DNA from: Escherichia coli | GTDB lineage: Bacteria; Pseudomonadota; Gammaproteobacteria; Enterobacterales; Enterobacteriaceae | NCBI RefSeq assembly: GCF_003334315.1 | Contig: NZ_QOWR01000089.1 | DNA length: 10,264 nt | Direction: 5' to 3' (one strand) | Shown: in pieces, positions 1 through 8,048 of the stretch | Layout of the letters: each line of letters begins with the position of its first letter | Position numbering within the stretch: the stretch's first letter is position 1 | Notes under the pieces: model-generated | Databases searched by the model: none | Seen by the model: only the letters and a program-made list of their open reading frames with translations | What the model was told of the DNA's origin: nothing | Translations under genes and position numbers: made by a program

Positions 1-375
1 GACGAACAGTGGGGCTACGTCGGTGCTAAATCACGTCAGCGCTGGCTGTTTTACGCGTATGACAGGATACGGAGGACGGTTGTGGCGCACGTCTTCGGTG
101 AACGCACTCTGGCCACACTGGAGCGTCTTCTGAGCCTGCTGTCGGCCTTTGAGGTCGTGGTATGGATGACGGATGGCTGGCCGCTGTATGAATCCCGCCT
201 GAAGGGAAAGCTGCACGTAATCAGCAAGCGATATACGCAGCGAATTGAGCGGCATAACCTGAATCTGAGGCAGCACCTGGCACGGCTGGGACGGAAGTCG
301 CTGTCGTTCTCAAAATCGGTGGAGCTGCATGACAAAGTCATCGGGCATTATCTGAACATAAAACACTATCAGTAA
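1..375 (+). CDS. insB: IS1 transposase InsB, C-terminal portion (5'-truncated by window edge); stop TAA at 373-375
   Basis: Open frame from base 1 in frame with ORF 82..375; translation matches the IS1 InsB C-terminus from memory. Confidence 0.9.
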   Translation, partial: DEQWGYVGAKSRQRWLFYAYDRIRRTVVAHVFGERTLATLERLLSLLSAFEVVVWMTDGWPLYESRLKGKLHVISKRYTQRIERHNLNLRQHLARLGRKSLSFSKSVELHDKVIGHYLNIKHYQ

Positions 376-390
376 GTTGGAGTCATTACC
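1..390 (+). mobile_element. IS1 insertion sequence, partial (3' ~390 bp; window begins inside the element); terminus ...aagttggagtcattacc ends at 390
   Basis: Encodes the InsB C-terminus (…[70 protein letters not shown]) and ends with the characteristic IS1 terminal inverted repeat (ggtaatgactccaac, read on the complementary strand). Exact reverse complement of 9875..10264. Confidence 0.93.
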
Positions 391-451
391 AACGATAGTA
401 AGGAATAGTGGATTCCCAACTCATTCCTCCCAGCAAACCAATTGTTTTCAT
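391..451 (-). pseudogene. ygeA: 5' stub of ygeA (Asp/Glu racemase-family protein), interrupted by IS1 after ~21 codons
   Basis: Minus-strand reading gives RBS aggagagagg followed by ATG AAA ACA ATT GGT TTG CTG GGA GGA ATG AGT TGG GAA TCC ACT ATT CCT TAC TAT CGT = MKTIGLLGGMSWESTIPYYR, then runs straight into the IS1 terminus at 390. Matches the recalled YgeA N-terminus. Confidence 0.75.
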
Positions 452-540
452 TCCTCTCTCCTGATGTGTGTTACCGCAACAAGGCTGAATAAGGAACGAG
501 ACAAACGCCTCAACGGCCAGGTGCCCAATCTCTATTAACG

Positions 541-573
541 AAAAAAGGGCCGGATGTACAGCACATCCGGCCC
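541..573 (-). terminator. Rho-independent terminator downstream of araE
   Basis: GC-rich inverted repeat gggccggatgt / acatccggccc (547-557 and 563-573, loop acagc), followed on the minus strand by a run of 6 T (541-546), 7 bp after the araE stop. Confidence 0.8.
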
Positions 574-579
574 GTGAAA

Positions 580-1998
580 TCAGACGCCGATATTTCTCAA
601 CTTCTCGCCTGCCATCAGTTTGCGTTCGATATGTTCCAGGGTGACATTTTTGGTTTCCGGAATGAGCCAGAAAGTGATGCCCACAAACGCAATGTTCAGC
701 GCAGTGTAGAGCCAGAACGTACCGGCAGCGCCAATGCTGTCGAGCAGCGTCAGGAAGGTCGCGCCGATAATCATATTCGACACCCAGTTCGTGGTGGTCG
801 AACAGGTAATACCGAAATCGCGGCATTTCAGCGGCTGAATTTCAGAGCACAGGATCCACACCACTGGCGCGGCGCTCATCGCATAACCGGCAATACACAT
901 CATCGTCATGCCAACAGAGAGCCATGACAGGCCACTGGAAGCCGTGCCGTTATCAAACTGCATCAGACAATAGCCCAGCACCAGAGTGCCTAACGCCATC
1001 ACGCTGAAACCAATTTTCAGAGCCGGTTTACGCCCTGCTTTATCTACCGTAAACACCGCAATAAAGGTGGCGAACATAAAGGTCAGCCCTACGACCAGAG
1101 TCGCAATCATCTGTTGTTCTGTCGTCGTAAAGCCCGCCATTTTGAAGATACGTGGCGCGTAGTACATGATGATGTTCATACCGGTAAACTGCTGCATCGC
1201 CTGCAACAACATACCGAGAAACACAGCACGACGGACGTTACGGTTGATCTTAAACAGTGCCCAACCGCCCTGTTTTAACTTCAGGCTTTCACGAATTTCG
1301 TTGAGTTCTTCTCGCGCTTTTTCCGACGTATCGCGCAGCATACGCAATACTTCTTCCGCCTCAATATGACGCCCCTTTTCCGCCAGCCAGCGCGGGCTAT
1401 TTGGCAGGAAGACCACCAGAATAATCAGCAGGACTGCTGGTAAAGCAAGAACCCCCAACATTGCGCGCCAGTTACCGCTATAACTGAACGCTGTATCGGA
1501 TAAAAACGCCAGCACGATGCCGAGTGTGACCATCAACTGGTACATACTGATCATCTTACCGCGAACGTTTTCACTTGCCATTTCAGAAAGATACAGAGGA
1601 GCGGTGTAAGAGGCGATCCCGACAGCAATGCCCAGCACCACACGAGCGGCGATTAACATCTCTACGCTGGTCGCAAAAGCGGACCCTATCGAGCCGAGCA
1701 CAAACAGGATGGCCCCCGCCATCAGGCTGTATTTACGCCCCAGGCGGAACGACAGCCAACCATTAAACAGCGCACCAATTGCTGCGCCGAGCATCATGCT
1801 ACTGACCACCCATTCCTGCAAACGGCTGGTCAGCACAAAGTGATCGGTAATGAACGGCAACGCTCCGGCGATTACGCCGATATCAAGACCAAATAACAAT
1901 CCTGCGACCGCAGCAGCTACCGAAACAAACATATTCATACGCCGCGTATCCCGCAAAGAACGTGGCGTTAAAGCAGATTCCGTATTGATAGTAACCAT
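580..1998 (-). CDS. araE: Arabinose:H+ symporter AraE (MFS sugar porter), 472 aa
   Basis: Translation from [31 protein letters not shown]… to …[18 protein letters not shown] matches E. coli AraE from memory. MFS sugar-porter motifs present ([20 protein letters not shown]). The ORF-track extension to 2127 lacks an RBS; the ATG at 1996-1998 follows gcaggaaaaa. Confidence 0.95.
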   Translation of the reverse strand: MVTINTESALTPRSLRDTRRMNMFVSVAAAVAGLLFGLDIGVIAGALPFITDHFVLTSRLQEWVVSSMMLGAAIGALFNGWLSFRLGRKYSLMAGAILFVLGSIGSAFATSVEMLIAARVVLGIAVGIASYTAPLYLSEMASENVRGKMISMYQLMVTLGIVLAFLSDTAFSYSGNWRAMLGVLALPAVLLIILVVFLPNSPRWLAEKGRHIEAEEVLRMLRDTSEKAREELNEIRESLKLKQGGWALFKINRNVRRAVFLGMLLQAMQQFTGMNIIMYYAPRIFKMAGFTTTEQQMIATLVVGLTFMFATFIAVFTVDKAGRKPALKIGFSVMALGTLVLGYCLMQFDNGTASSGLSWLSVGMTMMCIAGYAMSAAPVVWILCSEIQPLKCRDFGITCSTTTNWVSNMIIGATFLTLLDSIGAAGTFWLYTALNIAFVGITFWLIPETKNVTLEHIERKLMAGEKLRNIGV

Positions 1999-2056
1999 TT
2001 TTTCCTGCCAGCAGAGAGTAAGACATAGTGAAAAAATACGTGAACAATTCACACAG

Positions 2057-2096
2057 GTGTCAGGTCGGAAATAGCATAAATATGGATTAAATTGCT
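2057..2096 (-). promoter_or_regulatory. araE promoter: AraC I1-I2 direct-repeat half-sites with overlapping -35 (CTGACA)
   Basis: In araE sense: cAGCaatttaaTCCATA (complement of 2080-2096), 4-bp spacer, then tgctatttccgACCTGA (complement of 2059-2075). These match the araBAD I1 (TAGCATTTTTATCCATA) and I2 (TAGCGGATCCTACCTGA) half-site patterns at 21-bp periodicity. CTGACA overlaps the I2 end as in pBAD. No convincing -10 was identified. Confidence 0.6.
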
Positions 2097-2266
2097 GCGA
2101 CATGTCGTTATGTGATGGATATTCCAATTTTCAAATTAAGTTGAATTATTGAGATTATTATTAACCAACTAATTTTAAAGAAGATAAAATTCATAAAGTT
2201 CATTAATTGATAATTGATATGGATTATTTCATAACCATGATATGGATTATGATGATCTACAGGTAT

Positions 2267-2290
2267 AAAAAACCCTGCCATGCGGCAGGG
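2267..2290 (-). terminator. Rho-independent terminator downstream of kduD
   Basis: Stem ccctgcc / ggcaggg (2273-2279 and 2284-2290) followed on the minus strand by a run of 6 T (2267-2272), ~20 bp after the kduD stop. Confidence 0.75.
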
Positions 2291-2312
2291 TCATAAAAGT
2301 AAGAAGAATGAA

Positions 2313-3074
2313 TTAACGCGCCAGCCAACCGCCATCCACGGCAATGGTATAACCATTCACATAATCTGAAGCGCTGGAGGCAAGGAACACTACCGGCCCC
2401 ATCAGGTCACTCGGCAGTCCCCAACGGCCAGCTGGAATGCGGTCGAGAATTTCCGCGCTACGTTGTTCATCTGCCCGCAGTTGTTGAGTATTGTTGGTCG
2501 CCATGTAACCCGGAGCTATCGCATTAACATTAATGTTGTGTTTAGCCCATTCGTTCGCCATCAATCGCGTCACGCCCATCACACCGCTTTTTGATGCGGT
2601 ATAAGAAGGCACACGGATCCCGCCCTGGAAGGAGAGCATTGACGCGATATTGATAATCTTGCCGCCATTGCCTTGCGCGATAAAGTGTTTCGCCGCTGCC
2701 TGAGACATGAAGAATACGCTCTTGATATTCAGGTTCATGACATCGTCCCAGTCCTTTTCGCTGAACTCGAGAGCGTCTTCGCGGCGAATCAATCCGGCGT
2801 TATTCACCAGGATATCAATATGACCAAATTCCGCTACCGCGCGATCCAGCAGTGCTGGAATACCATCAATCTTTCGCAGATCGGCGGTCAGGCTTAAAAA
2901 ACGACGCCCCAGCGCTGTGACCTGCTTGATGGTTTCAGTCGGTTCAACGATGTTAATGCCAACAATGTCACAGCCCGCTTGCGCCAGCCCCAACGCCATC
3001 CCCTGGCCCAGTCCAGTATCACAACCAGTGACGACCGCAACTTTACCTTCGAGAGAAAATGCACTTAAAATCAT
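2313..3074 (-). CDS. kduD: 2-dehydro-3-deoxy-D-gluconate 5-dehydrogenase KduD (SDR family), 253 aa
   Basis: SDR motifs: glycine-rich cofactor motif VTGCDTGLGQG and catalytic YTASK (Y-x3-K). Full-length match to recalled KduD; sits 29 bp downstream of kduI, consistent with a kduI-kduD operon. Confidence 0.93.
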   Translation of the reverse strand: MILSAFSLEGKVAVVTGCDTGLGQGMALGLAQAGCDIVGINIVEPTETIKQVTALGRRFLSLTADLRKIDGIPALLDRAVAEFGHIDILVNNAGLIRREDALEFSEKDWDDVMNLNIKSVFFMSQAAAKHFIAQGNGGKIINIASMLSFQGGIRVPSYTASKSGVMGVTRLMANEWAKHNINVNAIAPGYMATNNTQQLRADEQRSAEILDRIPAGRWGLPSDLMGPVVFLASSASDYVNGYTIAVDGGWLAR

Positions 3075-3103
3075 AACAATACCTTATTCGTTTATGCCGA
3101 CAA

Positions 3104-3940
3104 CTAGCGCAAATCTTTAACGGCCACATGGTCCATATCATCAAAGACCTGGTTTTCACCGACCATGCCCCAGATAAAGGTATAAGCTTTGGTTCCGACG
3201 CCGGAATGAATCGACCAGCTCGGGGAGATCACCGCCTGCTCGTTATGCATCACAATGTGACGCGTTTCTTGCGGCTGCCCCATCATGTGGAAAACGCAGG
3301 CGTCATCATCCATATTGAAATAGAAATAAACTTCCATCCGGCGCTCGTGGGTGTGACACGGCATGGTGTTCCACAAGTTACCCGGAGCCAGCTCCGTCAG
3401 CCCCATACTCAATTGGCAGGTTTCCAGCACATCCGGGACAAAATATTTGTTAATAGTGCGACGGTTACTGGTGAGGTTATCGCCTAACGTGACTGGAGAT
3501 ACTTCGTCCGGGGTGACTTTTTTGGTGGGATACGTCGTATGCGCGGGTGCGCAATTGTAATAAAACTTCGCCGGAGTGGCGGTATCATCACTGGCAAAGA
3601 CAACTTCCTTTGCACCTTTACCAACATACAGGGCGTCGCGGTGACCGATTTCATAGCATTGACCATCGACAGTAATCGTACCGGCACCGCCAATATTGAT
3701 AACACCTAACTCGCGACGTTCAAGGAAATAACTTACGCCGAGTTGTTTACCCACTTCCCCGCCAACGGAAACCGTTTTAGTTACCGGCATAATGCCGCCA
3801 ACAATAATACGGTCAATGTGGCTGTAAACCATGGTGTACTCATCGGCGACAAATACCTCTTCAACCAAAAATTCATTGCGCAGCCCTTGGGTATCCAGCG
3901 TTTTTGCGTGCGCACTGTGGATGCTCTGTCTTACGTCCAC
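3104..3940 (-). CDS. kduI: 5-dehydro-4-deoxy-D-glucuronate isomerase KduI, 278 aa
   Basis: 278-aa product ([24 protein letters not shown]…) matching recalled KduI. RBS ggagg upstream of the ATG; KdgR-type operators lie upstream. Confidence 0.93.
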   Translation of the reverse strand: MDVRQSIHSAHAKTLDTQGLRNEFLVEEVFVADEYTMVYSHIDRIIVGGIMPVTKTVSVGGEVGKQLGVSYFLERRELGVINIGGAGTITVDGQCYEIGHRDALYVGKGAKEVVFASDDTATPAKFYYNCAPAHTTYPTKKVTPDEVSPVTLGDNLTSNRRTINKYFVPDVLETCQLSMGLTELAPGNLWNTMPCHTHERRMEVYFYFNMDDDACVFHMMGQPQETRHIVMHNEQAVISPSWSIHSGVGTKAYTFIWGMVGENQVFDDMDHVAVKDLR

Positions 3941-3984
3941 ATCAACCTCCGATAATCAGTGAAGCGTGAAAATAGAAAACGATA

Positions 3985-4001
3985 GTGAAACACTGTTTCG
4001 T
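3985..4001. promoter_or_regulatory. KdgR-type operator (proximal) upstream of kduI
   Basis: gTGAAACAcTGTTTCg is a near-perfect palindrome matching the KdgR box core (TGAAACA-N-TGTTTCA), ~45-60 bp upstream of the kduI start. Confidence 0.6.
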
Positions 4002-4047
4002 TTTCTCTATAAAGGGATGATATGCCCATGGGCTAGGGTTTTCAATT

Positions 4048-4073
4048 AAAAATAAAACAATGTTTCATTTTTA
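4048..4073. promoter_or_regulatory. KdgR-type operator (distal) upstream of kduI
   Basis: aaaatAAAACAaTGTTTcattttt, with the palindromic core AAACA-A-TGTTT flanked by an AT-rich symmetric context, ~110-130 bp upstream of kduI. Confidence 0.55.
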
Positions 4074-4226
4074 ATTTAAGGATTAAAAAAAGTGCAGTGT
4101 CGATCACGAATATGTCATGAGAATGGAAAAATGAGGGAGCCCAGAAAATGTATGTCGACTTGCCAGCCATCATTATTCAACAGATTAATGACGGCAGATA
4201 TTTATCGGTAAGGAGGAAATGCAGAG

Positions 4227-5408
4227 CTACTCGTCACGTTCAATGGTCAATGCCACGCCCTGGCCCCCGCCGATACAAAGCGTTGCCAGCCCTTTGCGGG
4301 CATTACGTTTCACCATTTCATGAACCAGAGAAACCAGGATTCGGCAACCGGAAGCGCCTATCGGGTGACCGAGTGCGATCGCGCCACCATTGACATTGAC
4401 CCGACGCTCATCCCACTCAAGCATCTTGCCAACCGAAAGCGCCTGTGCAGCAAACGCTTCATTAGCCTCGATAAGATCGACATCAGCCAACTGCCAGCCT
4501 ACACGCTCCAGGCAACGGCGGGTCGCATACACCGGCGCAATTCCCATCAATGCCGGATCTACACCAACGCTGGCAAATGCGCGGATGCGGGCCAGCACGG
4601 GTAAATTCAACGCTCGTGCTTTGGCTTCGCTCATCATCATTACCGCAGCTGCGCCATCGTTTATGGATGATGCATTCCCCGCGGTCACAGAACCGAGACT
4701 ATCAAATGAAGGATTTAAACGGGCTAAACCTTCTGCACTGGCGTCAGTGCGTGGCTGTTCATCGGTATCAACAACCAACGTCTGACCGTTACTTTGGATC
4801 ATTACCGGGACGATCTCATCTTTAAATCGTCCGGCGTCAATCGCCGCTCGCGCTTTTTGTTGCGAGCTAAGTGCGTAAGCATCCTGCAACTGACGGCTGA
4901 TGCCATATTCGCGAGCCAGATTTTCGGCGGTGACACCAATATGATAATCATTGAAGGCATCCCACAACCCATCATGCACCAGACTGTCAACCAACTGGCT
5001 ATTGCCAAGCTGTGCACCGGTGCGGCTATCAGTCAGAACATGTGGTGCGCGGCTCATGTTTTCCTGGCCACCGGCGATGACAATATCAGCCTCGCCACAC
5101 TGTATCGCCTGAGTAGCCAGATGCAGTGCTTTAAGCCCGGAACCGCAAACGTCATTAATAGTGATTGCAGAAACGCTATTAGGAAGACCACCTTTAATAG
5201 CCGATTGCCTTGCCGGATTCTGCCCTGCCCCTGCAGTCAACACCTGACCAAGAATTACTTCATCCACCGCATATGCAGGAACGCCGGTACGTTCTATTAA
5301 CGCTTTCACGACCAGACTACCAAGTTCCACGGCGGAATGACCCGCTAACGCACCGCGAAAGCAGCCGATAGGTGTCCGTAACGCCCCGACAATCACAACG
5401 TCTTTCAT
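4227..5408 (-). CDS. yqeF: Thiolase-family acetyl-CoA C-acetyltransferase paralog YqeF, 393 aa
   Basis: Thiolase signatures: active-site Cys in NDVCGSGL, C-terminal GHPIGASG and CIGGGQG motifs. The ATG at 5406-5408 is preferred over the in-frame GTG at 5409-5411 because RBS gagg is at appropriate spacing. Confidence 0.92.
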   Translation of the reverse strand: MKDVVIVGALRTPIGCFRGALAGHSAVELGSLVVKALIERTGVPAYAVDEVILGQVLTAGAGQNPARQSAIKGGLPNSVSAITINDVCGSGLKALHLATQAIQCGEADIVIAGGQENMSRAPHVLTDSRTGAQLGNSQLVDSLVHDGLWDAFNDYHIGVTAENLAREYGISRQLQDAYALSSQQKARAAIDAGRFKDEIVPVMIQSNGQTLVVDTDEQPRTDASAEGLARLNPSFDSLGSVTAGNASSINDGAAAVMMMSEAKARALNLPVLARIRAFASVGVDPALMGIAPVYATRRCLERVGWQLADVDLIEANEAFAAQALSVGKMLEWDERRVNVNGGAIALGHPIGASGCRILVSLVHEMVKRNARKGLATLCIGGGQGVALTIERDE

Positions 5409-5480
5409 CACAACCTCGCACCAATTAACAGTGCAATAGTAAATGATTGTTAATTACAGTTATCTTAATTGTTTAAAAAA

Positions 5481-5496
5481 AGTGATTTTTATCACA
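5481..5496. promoter_or_regulatory. Candidate CRP-like site in the yqeF/yqeG divergent intergenic region
   Basis: aGTGAtttttaTCACa matches TGTGA-N6-TCACA at 8 of 10 core positions; lies between the divergent yqeF and yqeG starts. Confidence 0.35.
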
Positions 5497-5662
5497 AAGG
5501 AAATATGCCTGAGCAGTAGTCAGAGTCATAACTGGCACGTAAGGTTTGCAACCACTAACCCACCAATAGAGGGGTAGATAGGGCGTTAATCTCCCATACT
5601 TAACCTGGTTTATGGTAAATTGCCCTCCATTTTGTTTAATTTGTAGATGATACGTTCAGATA

Positions 5663-6892
5663 ATGTCTAATATTTGGTCTAAAGAAGAAACTCTGTGGAG
5701 TTTCGCGCTCTACGGCACAGCCGTTGGTGCAGGCACGCTCTTCCTTCCTATTCAGTTAGGTTCGGCAGGGGCTGTGGTCCTGTTTATTACTGCTCTGGTC
5801 GCCTGGCCTTTAACATATTGGCCACATAAAGCCTTATGCCAGTTCATCCTCTCATCGAAAACATCAGCAGGTGAAGGGATAACGGGCGCAGTAACACACT
5901 ACTATGGCAAGAAGATTGGTAATCTGATTACCACGCTGTACTTCATCGCCTTTTTTGTCGTCGTGTTGATATATGCAGTGGCAATTACCAACTCACTTAC
6001 GGAACAGCTGGCAAAGCATATGGTTATTGATCTTCGCATCCGTATGTTGGTGAGTCTGGGTGTTGTATTAATCCTGAATCTCATTTTTCTGATGGGACGC
6101 CATGCAACCATTCGGGTAATGGGTTTTTTGGTATTCCCATTGATTGCCTATTTCTTATTTCTTTCCATTTACCTTGTCGGTAGTTGGCAACCTGATCTAT
6201 TAACGACCCAGGTAGAGTTCAATCAGAATACCCTTCACCAGATATGGATATCGATTCCCGTGATGGTTTTCGCCTTTAGCCATACGCCCATTATTTCTAC
6301 GTTTGCCATAGACAGACGTGAAAAATATGGCGAACACGCTATGGATAAATGCAAAAAAATTATGAAAGTCGCTTATCTCATCATCTGCATAAGTGTACTG
6401 TTCTTTGTCTTTAGCTGCCTGCTTTCTATTCCACCTTCGTATATTGAAGCGGCTAAAGAAGAAGGGGTCACCATTTTATCGGCGCTTTCTATGCTGCCGA
6501 ACGCCCCAGCATGGCTGTCAATTTCCGGGATTATTGTCGCAGTAGTTGCGATGTCGAAATCATTCCTGGGTACGTACTTTGGCGTTATTGAAGGTGCCAC
6601 GGAGGTCGTCAAAACAACACTACAGCAGGTTGGTGTAAAGAAAAGTCGTGCATTTAACCGCGCACTATCAATTATGTTGGTATCGCTGATCACCTTCATT
6701 GTTTGTTGCATTAACCCGAACGCGATTTCGATGATTTACGCGATCAGCGGCCCGCTCATTGCCATGATACTTTTCATCATGCCTACGTTGTCAACGTATC
6801 TGATCCCGGCGCTTAAACCCTGGCGTTCCATCGGAAATCTGATTACGCTGATCGTGGGTATCCTGTGCGTATCGGTAATGTTCTTTAGCTGA
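5663..6892 (+). CDS. yqeG: Inner-membrane transporter YqeG (HAAAP family, SdaC/TdcC/TnaB-like), 409 aa
   Basis: Highly hydrophobic multi-helix protein; N-terminus MSNIWSKEETLWSFALYGTAVGAGTLFLPIQLGSAG is typical of hydroxy/aromatic amino acid permeases. Matches recalled YqeG. Confidence 0.88.
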   Translation: MSNIWSKEETLWSFALYGTAVGAGTLFLPIQLGSAGAVVLFITALVAWPLTYWPHKALCQFILSSKTSAGEGITGAVTHYYGKKIGNLITTLYFIAFFVVVLIYAVAITNSLTEQLAKHMVIDLRIRMLVSLGVVLILNLIFLMGRHATIRVMGFLVFPLIAYFLFLSIYLVGSWQPDLLTTQVEFNQNTLHQIWISIPVMVFAFSHTPIISTFAIDRREKYGEHAMDKCKKIMKVAYLIICISVLFFVFSCLLSIPPSYIEAAKEEGVTILSALSMLPNAPAWLSISGIIVAVVAMSKSFLGTYFGVIEGATEVVKTTLQQVGVKKSRAFNRALSIMLVSLITFIVCCINPNAISMIYAISGPLIAMILFIMPTLSTYLIPALKPWRSIGNLITLIVGILCVSVMFFS

Positions 6893-6902
6893 TATCCATT
6901 GT

Positions 6903-6944
6903 GAATGGTTCAAAATTGCTACAATTTTGAACCATTCCAGTTTT
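6903..6944 (+). terminator. Rho-independent terminator after yqeG (long perfect hairpin)
   Basis: Perfect 16-bp inverted repeat gaatggttcaaaattg / caattttgaaccattc (6903-6918 and 6922-6937) followed by cagTTTTcat, beginning 11 bp after the yqeG stop. Confidence 0.7.
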
Positions 6945-7291
6945 CATAATGTTCATTCGTTATTATTCCGCACTATCACTTCCCTCATCATATCCTAGTA
7001 TTATCAGTTATTTAAACACACAAAGAGATCTGAACATCTTAAATAAGACTATTTAAGATGCATAACTTAGATTCGCAAGATATCTTCCGGTCATTCAAAA
7101 ACAATTTGCGATATAGATATTCTCATACCATGAGATAGTTATCTGAACCACCCTCAACCAGGTAAGATTAAATCAGTGAAACATAATCATATTTAATAAC
7201 GAGAAATGCATTTTAAAATGTCTTAATCAGAATTATAGCAAATACAGATTAATCGCAATTTTTCCCAGCAAAATTACAAAATCATGGTGTA

Positions 7292-7320
7292 TTGACATCA
7301 TCAATCACCAATGAAATTAT
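7292..7320 (+). promoter_or_regulatory. Candidate sigma70 promoter for yqeH
   Basis: Perfect -35 TTGACA (7292-7297), 17-bp spacer, -10-like AATTAT (7315-7320). Sits ~30 bp upstream of the yqeH RBS agggagg. Confidence 0.35.
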
Positions 7321-7351
7321 GCAATTATATACGGATAGGGAGGTTCTTAAC

Positions 7352-7984
7352 ATGGGGCTTTGTAGTCGTTATAAAAGTCTTACATGCAATAGTTGCTCAA
7401 TGCATTGCCAAATAATGCCAGAAGAGTCACCGCGTTTGCAGTACTGCGCAAACTCGTGTTTTTGTATGTGGCCCGAAGAAAGTTCATATTTTAATCGTGG
7501 TGTGGTAGAAGGTATCTTAACAAAAAACCACAATGCGAGATTAAGCGGATATATTTTTGTCGATTTTTCAGTAAGTTTTTTACGTCTATTCCTTGAAAAA
7601 TACTGGATTGACTATCTTGCAAGTACTGACATGGGGATTGTTTTAGTCAGCGACCGCAATATGCAATCGTTAGCTAATTACTGGCGAAAACACAACTCAG
7701 CAATATCTGCTGTCATATATAATGATGATGGTCTTGATGTTGCCAATGAAAAGATCAGACAACTATTTATTGGTCGTTATTTATCATTTACCAGAGGTAA
7801 CACATTAACTCAGATGGAATTCACCATAATGGGGTATATGGTTTCTGGTTATAATCCATATCAGATTGCTGAAGTTCTGGATATGGATATCCGTAGCATC
7901 TACGCGTACAAGCAACGAATCGAAAAGAGAATGGGTGGTAAAATAAACGAATTATTTATTCGTTCACATTCGGTCCAACATTGA
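7352..7984 (+). CDS. yqeH: LuxR/FixJ-type HTH transcriptional regulator YqeH with Cys-rich N-terminus, 210 aa
   Basis: C-terminal LuxR-type HTH (LTQMEFTIMGYMVSGYNPYQIAEVLDMDIRSIYAYKQRIEKRMGG). Start assigned to the ATG at 7352 (RBS agggagg 8 nt upstream), not the TTG at 7292 used by the ORF track. Confidence 0.85.
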   Translation: MGLCSRYKSLTCNSCSMHCQIMPEESPRLQYCANSCFCMWPEESSYFNRGVVEGILTKNHNARLSGYIFVDFSVSFLRLFLEKYWIDYLASTDMGIVLVSDRNMQSLANYWRKHNSAISAVIYNDDGLDVANEKIRQLFIGRYLSFTRGNTLTQMEFTIMGYMVSGYNPYQIAEVLDMDIRSIYAYKQRIEKRMGGKINELFIRSHSVQH

Positions 7985-8018
7985 TACTCAACGACCAGCC
8001 AGAATCATACTCTGTTTA

Positions 8019-8048
8019 TACGGGCATTTATTGAAATGTCCGTATTTT
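8019..8048 (+). terminator. Rho-independent terminator after yqeH
   Basis: Stem tacgggcatt / aatgtccgta (one G-U pair), loop tattga, followed by TTTT (8045-8048). Confidence 0.6.

Noticed and set aside
51-341. 96-aa ORF antisense within IS1 (and its twin 9924..10214)
   Set aside because: Antisense to insB inside a well-known IS element; not supported as a gene here.
386-927. ORFs 386..826 (-) and 574..927 (+) overlapping the araE 3' end
   Set aside because: Out-of-frame or antisense overlaps with the well-supported araE CDS. The only meaningful part of 386..826 is its last ~21 codons, which are the ygeA stub, annotated separately.
2041-2057. CRP-like palindrome cGTGAacaatTCACA near the araE promoter
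   Set aside because: Half-site spacing is 5 bp rather than the 6 bp needed for CRP, and it lies downstream of the AraC I2/-35 in the likely leader.
1166-2074. ORFs 1166..1369, 1575..1766, 1628..1843, 1850..2074 (+) antisense to araE
   Set aside because: Antisense to a confidently identified transporter gene, no RBS, low-complexity translations typical of antisense frames in GC-balanced genes.
580-2127. ORF-track extension of araE to 515 aa (start at 2127)
   Set aside because: The extra 43 N-terminal codons run through the AraC operator and promoter and have no RBS; the known AraE N-terminus (MVTINTE…) begins at the ATG at 1996-1998.
2673-3705. ORFs antisense or out-of-frame within kduD and kduI (2673..2897, 2917..3120, 3128..3487, 3363..3560, 3484..3705, 3743..3955)
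   Set aside because: Embedded in or antisense to strongly supported kduD and kduI CDSs; no independent start signals.
4087-4107. A-run and weak inverted repeat downstream of yqeF as a terminator
   Set aside because: T-run is present on the minus strand but the preceding stem is only ~3-4 bp; insufficient for an intrinsic terminator call.
4148-5300. ORFs overlapping yqeF (4148..4393, 4320..4604, 4390..4785, 4550..4825, 4794..5300, 4802..5017), and a short ORF with SD AAGGAGG at ~4208-4222
   Set aside because: Antisense or out-of-frame to the thiolase gene with Arg/Ser-rich translations. The AAGGAGG is only 2 nt from its ATG (too close) and is the complement of the yqeF 3' end.
5902-6711. ORFs 5902..6111 (-) and 6373..6711 (-) antisense to yqeG
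   Set aside because: Antisense inside a confident membrane-transporter CDS; no RBS.
6945-7060. 35-aa ORF (MFIRYYSALSLPSSYPSIISYLNTQRDLNILNKTI) in the yqeG-yqeH intergenic region
   Set aside because: No SD, starts inside the tail of the yqeG terminator, composition typical of random AT-rich sequence.
7292-7351. Upstream TTG start (7292) giving a 230-aa YqeH
   Set aside because: TTG with no SD, and it coincides with a perfect TTGACA -35 hexamer; the ATG at 7352 has a strong RBS (agggagg).
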